A DNA stretch of 8,369 nucleotides. Source: a virus. Lineage: Duplodnaviria; Heunggongvirae; Uroviricota; Caudoviricetes. The stretch lies in the IMG/VR virus record IMGVR_UViG_3300039329_000118; one strand, written 5' to 3'. Shown here piece after piece: positions 6,581 to 8,369 of this stretch (its first letter is position 1; each line of letters starts with the position of its first letter). Made by a program: the position numbers and the translations under genes. The notes beneath the pieces were generated by a model. The model saw only the letters and a program-made list of their open reading frames with translations. It was not told where the DNA came from and did no database searches.

Positions 6581-7722
6581 GCATGAATATCGCACAAACA
6601 CCATTTACTGATAAATCGTTTAATCCTCGTCGCCTTGAGGAGGCAAGAGAGGCAAAAGGGTTGACGATGGCTGAACTTGCCAGAGTGCTCAATATTTCAA
6701 GACAAGCTATTTCGTCATTTGAGAAGGGGTTGAAGTCTCCCTCTGCTGATACACTTTCTGCAATAGCCAAGGTGTTAGGATTTCCAGAACGATTTTTCTT
6801 AGCCTCCAGTGCTTCTCCATCTCTGGAGGGGGCGATTCATTTTAGAAGTCGTTCAACTGCGACCAAAAAGGCTCGAGTTACAGGGAAAACACGTGGGCGT
6901 TGGGCGGCATTAATATTGGATGAATGTCTAAAATATGCTCAATTACCAGATGTGGTTCTGCCTGAATTCGATATTATTGATTTTGAGGTTCTGTCTCTAT
7001 CTGATATTGAGGATATGTCCACCCAATTAAGGCGTTTTTGGGGGTTAGGTGATGGTCCAATACTCAATTTAACTAGACTTGTTGAAAATAAAGGAATCGT
7101 GGTTTCTCATTTACCTTCTGGTGAGAAAGTTGATGCCTTTTCGTTCTGGCATAATGGGCGGCCTTTAATTATGTTAGATAGCTCGAAGACGGCTGTTCGC
7201 ATGCGATTTAGTCTTGCTCATGAACTTGGCCATTTAATTATGCATAGGGCAGTGGAGGATGACTACCTGAATGATAAAGAATTATTCGACCTAGTGGAGT
7301 TGCAGGCCGATTATTTTGCCTCCAGCTTTTTAATGCCAGCCACGACTTTCGGGCGTGAATTTTATAGTCCAAATTTATCAGCGTTAGAACGATTAAAACT
7401 ACGTTGGATTACATCTATCGGTAGTATTGCCATGAGGAGTCATAGCCTTAAGTTAATTAGCGATAATCAGAAAAGCTATATATTTAAGCAATTAGCGCCA
7501 TTCCATCGTAGGGAGCCGTTAGATGATGCAATCCCAAAAGAAGAGCCTGAGTTACTTAATAAGTTACTTTTACTTCTTGATAAGCATTCAATCATAAAGG
7601 TAACTGAGTTAACTGATATCTTTGCTCTTCCTTTAAATGAGTTATCTGCAATTACACGATTTAAAGAATCAGATATGATTCATTCTGACAATGTTATTTC
7701 ATTTACCATAAAACAAAAATAA
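6577..7722 (+). CDS. XRE-family HTH fused to an ImmA/IrrE-type (COG2856 / M78-like) zinc metallopeptidase domain
   Basis: 381-aa ORF. N-terminal Cro/C1-type HTH (LTMAELARVLNISRQAISSFEKG). Central HEXXH zinc-binding motif (SLAHELGHLIMH) with the downstream acidic/aromatic segment (ELQADYFASSFLMP) typical of ImmA/IrrE peptidases. Coupled to the upstream gene and followed by a terminator. Confidence 0.85.
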   Translation: MSMNIAQTPFTDKSFNPRRLEEAREAKGLTMAELARVLNISRQAISSFEKGLKSPSADTLSAIAKVLGFPERFFLASSASPSLEGAIHFRSRSTATKKARVTGKTRGRWAALILDECLKYAQLPDVVLPEFDIIDFEVLSLSDIEDMSTQLRRFWGLGDGPILNLTRLVENKGIVVSHLPSGEKVDAFSFWHNGRPLIMLDSSKTAVRMRFSLAHELGHLIMHRAVEDDYLNDKELFDLVELQADYFASSFLMPATTFGREFYSPNLSALERLKLRWITSIGSIAMRSHSLKLISDNQKSYIFKQLAPFHRREPLDDAIPKEEPELLNKLLLLLDKHSIIKVTELTDIFALPLNELSAITRFKESDMIHSDNVISFTIKQK

Positions 7723-7733
7723 TTCTCATTCAT

Positions 7734-7758
7734 ACCCGCCTCGGCGGGTTTTTGTTTT
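7734..7758 (+). terminator. rho-independent terminator of the two-gene operon
   Basis: Stem ACCCGC (7734..7739), loop CUCG (7740..7743), stem GCGGGT (7744..7749), then TTTTTGTTTT. Twelve nt after the stop at 7722. Nearly identical in sequence to the hok terminator. Confidence 0.7.
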
Positions 7759-7828
7759 ACGTATTCTGGTTTACAATCCACAGGCCAGCCTGAACAACTG
7801 GCACCTGCTGCGCCAGCAGAGACAACCG

Positions 7829-8107
7829 ATGGCGCACGATACCAAATTATACAATTCTGATGATTCTGCCGTCTTTGCCAGCAGGCGCGGACGGTGTTTT
7901 CACGCATTCAAATCTGACTGGTACCAGCATCCCCCATGCACTGAAGAACAGGCCGAATGGCTCATTCAGTGTTACCGCAGGCGCGGATGCGAGGTTAAAA
8001 AAGCCCTTAGCCTCGACTACCGTCACTGGATAATCTCCGTCAGGCTCCCTTACTCCGAACGGCCAGCGCGTCCGTCCCGCACATTCCAGCAACGGATCTG
8101 GAGGTAA
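7829..8107 (+). CDS. hypothetical ORF in higher-GC DNA (weak call)
   Basis: 92-aa ORF-track frame ending with TAA at 8105..8107. Plus-strand frame preferred over the overlapping minus-strand 147-aa frame, whose P/G/R/S/T-rich composition looks like an antisense shadow. No SD or motif verified. Confidence 0.25.
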   Translation: MAHDTKLYNSDDSAVFASRRGRCFHAFKSDWYQHPPCTEEQAEWLIQCYRRRGCEVKKALSLDYRHWIISVRLPYSERPARPSRTFQQRIWR

Positions 8108-8108
8108 T

Positions 8109-8369
8109 GTGCGGGTATTACTTCGACCTGTTCTGGTACCGGAACTCGGTCTGGTTATCGTTAAGCCAGGCCGTGAATCAATGTCAGCATTCCATAACGG
8201 CAGAATACTGGTGGAGCCGGAACCAAAAAGCATGCGTAATCTGCCGTCCGGGGTCGTTCCTGCCGCTCGCCAGCCGCTGGTGGAAGACAAAACATTGCTG
8301 CCGTTTTTCAGTAACGCACGGGTGATTCGTGCTGCTGGTGGTGCTGGTGCATTGTCTGACTGGCTGTTG
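8109..8369 (+). CDS. 5' part of a hypothetical protein running off the window end (partial)
   Basis: Frame open from 8034 to the window end. First start codon is GTG at 8109, preceded by GGAGG (8100..8104). Translation begins VRVLLRPVLVPELGLVIVKPG... Not in the ORF track because it has no stop in the window. Identity unknown. Confidence 0.3.
   Translation, partial: MRVLLRPVLVPELGLVIVKPGRESMSAFHNGRILVEPEPKSMRNLPSGVVPAARQPLVEDKTLLPFFSNARVIRAAGGAGALSDWLL

Noticed and set aside
6561-6770. 69-aa minus-strand ORF
   Set aside because: Antisense across the junction of the two operon genes; no independent support.
7680-8290. Minus-strand ORFs 7680..7907 and 7847..8290
   Set aside because: P/G/R/S/T-rich translations typical of antisense frames in GC-rich DNA; 7680..7907 also runs through the operon terminator. 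Plus-strand frames preferred, though themselves weak.
8107-8325. 72-aa plus-strand ORF (MCGYYFDLFW...)
   Set aside because: Overlaps the frame that stays open to the window end and has the GGAGG/GTG start at 8109. Its W/C-rich translation looks non-protein-like.
1-8369. CRISPR arrays, tRNA or rRNA genes, integrase or att sites
   Set aside because: No regularly spaced direct repeats with unique spacers, no cloverleaf-like conserved tRNA features, and no integrase-like ORF were seen. The iterons at 2656..3010 are too short and too closely phased to be a CRISPR array and lie inside a replication gene.

Overview
This 8.4 kb window reads as the early region of an enterobacterial lambdoid (Rac-like) prophage, followed by an AT-rich accessory island. 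All calls rest on reading the sequence and the supplied ORF track by eye; no database search or computation was run, and family names are from memory. Left to right: (1) a leftward early operon (816..1049 and 403..804, minus strand) interrupted by a 31-nt N gap, plus a convergent small ORF (165..443); (2) an immunity region with a short non-cleavable CI-like repressor (1248..1667, minus), flanked on both sides by TACC-N4-GGTA palindromes (OL-like and OR-like), then a YdaS-like Cro (1768..2049) and a YdaT-like protein (2033..2458); (3) a replication-initiator gene (2530..3600) carrying two clusters of GTCACG iterons at helical phasing plus an AT-rich tandem repeat, i.e. a likely origin inside the gene, and a small unknown ORF (3641..4063); (4) an AT-rich island (~4064..7760) with three independent cassettes: a minus-strand HNH-motif protein (4210..5019) flanked by related GC-rich hairpins, a free-standing Hok/Gef type I toxin (5644..5799) with a UUCG-loop terminator, and a translationally coupled two-gene operon of a 204-aa protein with no recognisable motif (5966..6580) and an XRE-HTH/ImmA-IrrE (HEXXH) metallopeptidase fusion (6577..7722) with its own terminator; (5) higher-GC DNA resuming after ~7760 with weakly supported ORFs running off the window end. 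The best candidate for an undescribed system is the two-gene operon, with the HNH cassette second. No rRNA, tRNA or CRISPR array was seen.
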